A stretch of 64,000 nucleotides of DNA from an uncultured Actinomycetota bacterium. GTDB taxonomy: Bacteria; Actinomycetota; Acidimicrobiia; Spongiisociales; UBA5794. The notes beneath the pieces were generated by a model. The model did not search any database, was not told where the DNA came from, and worked only from the letters and a program-made list of their open reading frames with translations. Shown piece by piece: positions 60,959-64,000 of this stretch. Every line of letters starts with the position of its first letter. Position 1 is the first letter of the stretch. The position numbers and the translations under genes were made by a program. The DNA lies in contig CAWEEG010000045.1 in NCBI GenBank assembly GCA_963808015.1, positions 248 to 64,247 of the forward strand. The letters are read 5' to 3'.

Positions 60959-62119
60959 ATGCGACTCGTCATCATCAACGGTCCGAACCTCAACCTCATC
61001 GGCACACGTTCGCCCGAGATCTATGGCACCACAACCCTCGAGGAGCTCGATGCCGCGTGCCATGGCTGGGGGGTCGACGTGGGATGGGAAATCGAGACGT
61101 TTCAATCGAACCATGAAGGCGACATCATTGACCGCCTCCACGCGGCGCGTGACGCGGACGGTGTCGTCATCAACCCCGGTGCATTCACCCACTACTCCTA
61201 CGCCATTCGGGACGCCATCGACGCCATCGGACTGCCCACGGTCGAGGTGCACATCTCCAACGTGCGTGACCGTGAGCCGTGGCGACGAATCTCTGTGGTC
61301 TCCGAAGTGTGTGTCACCACCATTTTCGGGCGCGGTGTTGTTGGCTATCGAGACGCGATCCGGCACCTTTTCGCTCGTTCGGCGTGGCCGGTGGAGACCA
61401 TCACATACGGCCCCGATTCCGACAACGTTGGTGACCTTCGCATCCCACGCAGCGAAGGCCCGCATCCAGTTGCGGTTCTCATCCACGGAGGCTTCTGGCG
61501 CAACACAGCAGCGCGCGACCTCCTCGATCCGGCCGCCGTCGATCTCACACGTCGAGGCTGGGCGACGTGGAACATCGAGTTTGCTCGTGTCGGATCGGGT
61601 GGGGGCTTCCGGTCGACAACCGCCGATGTCTCCCAGGCGATCGGATCACTCGCCGATTTCGCCGAGGGGCACGACCTCGACCTCGATCACGTTGTGGTGA
61701 TCGGCCACGGGTCGGGCGGTCACCTCGCACTCCAAGCCGCGGTCGCCAGGAGCGAAGTTCCGATCTCCGCCGTCGTGGCGCTCGCTCCGATCGGAGACCT
61801 GGATGCCGCTCACCAGGCCGGCGTTGGTGATGGTGCGGTTGAGGCATTCATGCGTCGTACCCCCGACCAATCGCCGGAGCGGCATGTCGCTGCTTCCCCA
61901 ATCATGAACGTGCCAATAGGTGTGCCGCTCCTCGTTGTTCATGGCGACGAGGACGAGCGCATCCCGGCGGCGATCAGCCGTTCGTTCGCCGGACGTGCCG
62001 CCGACGAGGGCGACACGGTCGTCTACCACGAACTCGAGGGTGTCGGTCACGAAGCACTCACCGACCCCACCATGCCCGCATGGGAGAAGGTCGTCGACGA
62101 AGTCGACCGGCTCAGGTAG
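60959..62119 (+). CDS. aroQ: type II 3-dehydroquinate dehydratase fused to an alpha/beta hydrolase domain
   Basis: ATG 60959. [23 protein letters not shown] ... [14 protein letters not shown] ... [17 protein letters not shown] ... VEVHISNV, then VLIHGGFW ... [11 protein letters not shown] ... [11 protein letters not shown] ... GVGHEAL. One intact frame of 386 aa. Confidence 0.85.
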   Translation: MRLVIINGPNLNLIGTRSPEIYGTTTLEELDAACHGWGVDVGWEIETFQSNHEGDIIDRLHAARDADGVVINPGAFTHYSYAIRDAIDAIGLPTVEVHISNVRDREPWRRISVVSEVCVTTIFGRGVVGYRDAIRHLFARSAWPVETITYGPDSDNVGDLRIPRSEGPHPVAVLIHGGFWRNTAARDLLDPAAVDLTRRGWATWNIEFARVGSGGGFRSTTADVSQAIGSLADFAEGHDLDLDHVVVIGHGSGGHLALQAAVARSEVPISAVVALAPIGDLDAAHQAGVGDGAVEAFMRRTPDQSPERHVAASPIMNVPIGVPLLVVHGDEDERIPAAISRSFAGRAADEGDTVVYHELEGVGHEALTDPTMPAWEKVVDEVDRLR

Positions 62120-63312
62120 TGAGATCGACGAGGCGAGTGAGTCCTTCCTCGAGGTCCTCATCGGCCAGGGCGAACGACAACCGCGCATACCCCGGTGCCC
62201 CGAAAGCCTCGCCCGGGACAATCGCTATGTTGATCTCATCAAGCAGCAGCGCCGCGAGATCCATCGTCGTCTCGGCCCTGCGTCCGCGAAGGTCGCGACC
62301 GAGCAGCCCGGTCAAGTTCGGGAAGGCATAGAACGCGCCCTCGGGATCGAGGCACTCCACGCCGGGGACCTCGCCGAGGAGACGGACCATCGTGTGCCGT
62401 CGCCGATCAAATGCCTCGCGCATAACCGCAACGGCATCCAGCGGTCCCTCCACAGCGGCGAGTGCGGCACGCTGCGATACGTTGGCAACGTTCGAAGAGA
62501 TGTGGCTCTGCAACCTGATTGTCGCTGAGGCGATCTCCTGGGGTGCCACCAACCAGCCAACGCGCCATCCCGTCATCGCGTAGGTCTTTGCGACGCCGTT
62601 CACGACAATGGTTCGGTCGGCGATTTCGGGGGCAACAACCGGCATCGAGTGAAACACCGCGTCCCCGTAGACCAGGTGCTCATAGATCTCGTCGGTGAGC
62701 ACCCAGATGCCTCGGTCGGCCGCCCAACGTCCGATCTCGGCCATTCGCTCGCGTGAGTACACCGCGCCTGTTGGATTGGACGGTGAAACGAAGATCAGGG
62801 CCTTCGTACGATAGGTCGTTGAGCCTCGAGTTGCTCGACCGTGACCTGGAACCCATCGCGGTCACTCGTCGGCACCGCAACCGGCACCCCGTCAGCGAGC
62901 CGGATCGCCTCCGGGTAGGTGACCCAATACGGTGCGGGGAGCAACACCTCGTCGCCCGGATCGAGGAGCGCTTGAAGCGCGAGGTAACGGCCTGCTTTCC
63001 GCCATTGGTGATGACAACCTGTGAGGGCTCAACAACAAACCCCGACGTGCGCGCCATCGCGGCCGCGACGGCGGAGCGGAGGGGCGGGAGGCCTGCCGCT
63101 GCGGTGTAGCGATGAGTAGCAGGATCGTCGACAGCGACGCGAGCAGCATCGACAATGTACGCGGGAGTCGGGAAATCCGGCTCGCCGGCCCCGAAACCTA
63201 TGACCGGATGTCCGGCGGCACGTAGAGCGTTTGCCTGGTTGGTGATCGCCAGCGTTGCCGACGCTTCCACGCCGAGCGCTCGTCTTGACACGGCTGATGC
63301 GGATGAAGCCAT
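62112..63312 (-). CDS. class I pyridoxal-phosphate-dependent aminotransferase (aspartate aminotransferase-like; frame-disrupted)
   Basis: [25 protein letters not shown]-type block (shifted frame), [25 protein letters not shown]...YARLSFA. Confidence 0.85.
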
Positions 63313-63353
63313 CGCCACCTTCTCTCGAGGAAGCACGCACGATAGGCACTTGA

Positions 63354-64000
63354 TTGTCACGCCACGATTCCACGATCCTTCGGCGATTCAGACACGATAG
63401 ATTGCCCCCATGGAACCCTTTGCAGACTTACGACCGCTACGACGCGGTTGGCCTCTCGGCGCTGGTCGCGGTTGGCGACGTTCATCCCCTCGAACTCATC
63501 GAAGCCGCGGCAGAACGTATTGCGTCGGTGAATCCTGCCATCAACGCCGTGATCTGGGAACGGACAGATGCCGCCCGTCTCGAAGCCGCGTCCAACATGT
63601 CCGCGGTGGCCCGTTCGAGGCGTCCCGATCCTGATCAAGGATCTGGTTGTTGAGGAGGGTGTCCCGGTCTCGTTCGGGTCCGCCTTCCTGCGCAACTACG
63701 TCGGCGGTGAGACCTCGGAGTCCCGCCACCGCATCGCGCCAGCGGGATTCGTCGATCTTGGCCGCACCAACACCCCCGAGTTTGGACTGCTCCACCCCAC
63801 CGAACCGGTCCTCCACGGCCCAACGCGGAACCCTTGGGATCTGAGCCGATCCGCAGGAGGCTCGAGCGGTGGAGCGGCCGCAGCCGTCGCAGCTGGAATC
63901 GTCCCGCTCGCCCAGGCAAGCGACGGCGGCGGGTCGATTCGAATTCCGGCGTCGACGACCGTCTTCTCGGTCTCAAACCCTCGCGTCGTCGCTGCCCACG
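63354..64000 (+). CDS. amidase (amidase-signature family), 5' part, frame-disrupted, runs off the window
   Basis: [23 protein letters not shown] ... NPAINAV; then GVPILIKDL ... GRTNTPEFG ... [23 protein letters not shown] ... [13 protein letters not shown] in a second frame. Confidence 0.8.

Overview
High-GC, actinobacterial-type chromosomal segment of 64 kb made mostly of conserved housekeeping genes. From memory, not checked, the gene order mirrors the known actinobacterial block lexA ... recA ... ftsK ... rnj-dapA-thyX ... dapB-M16 peptidase. The cinA/recA/rny part looks more like the Firmicute arrangement. About 60 protein-coding genes can be supported. I saw no rRNA, tRNA or CRISPR. Caveat: about 25 genes are split across 2-5 reading frames, including essential ones (miaA, miaB, rimO, rnj, dapA, dapB, thyX, M16 peptidase, asnA). 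The breaks cluster in certain stretches, and the two I reconstructed sit in short homopolymer runs, so I read them as indel errors rather than biology. For these genes I give envelope coordinates. Unusual content: (1) a 13-nt core TCGACATCGAACA is shared by the recA and lexA SOS operators and by two long palindromes in front of a GNAT gene and a lipoprotein gene. (2) A degenerate IS256 copy lies beside lexA, and a broken DUF222-HNH element lies further on. (3) Heptanucleotide-periodic arrays (CGAGACA)n / (TCTCRRG)n fill all three repeat-bearing convergent intergenic regions. (4) A tightly coupled operon encodes a CobT-like vWA protein, a CobS-like AAA+ protein and YajQ, with no cobN in the window; its ATPase has Walker A GKD and Walker B SE. 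(5) Three class III nucleotide cyclases carry different sensor domains, one with a tandemly duplicated GAF module. (6) A 1.9 kb ORF-poor tract carries a recurring AATAAAC motif. (7) An AroQ-alpha/beta-hydrolase fusion.
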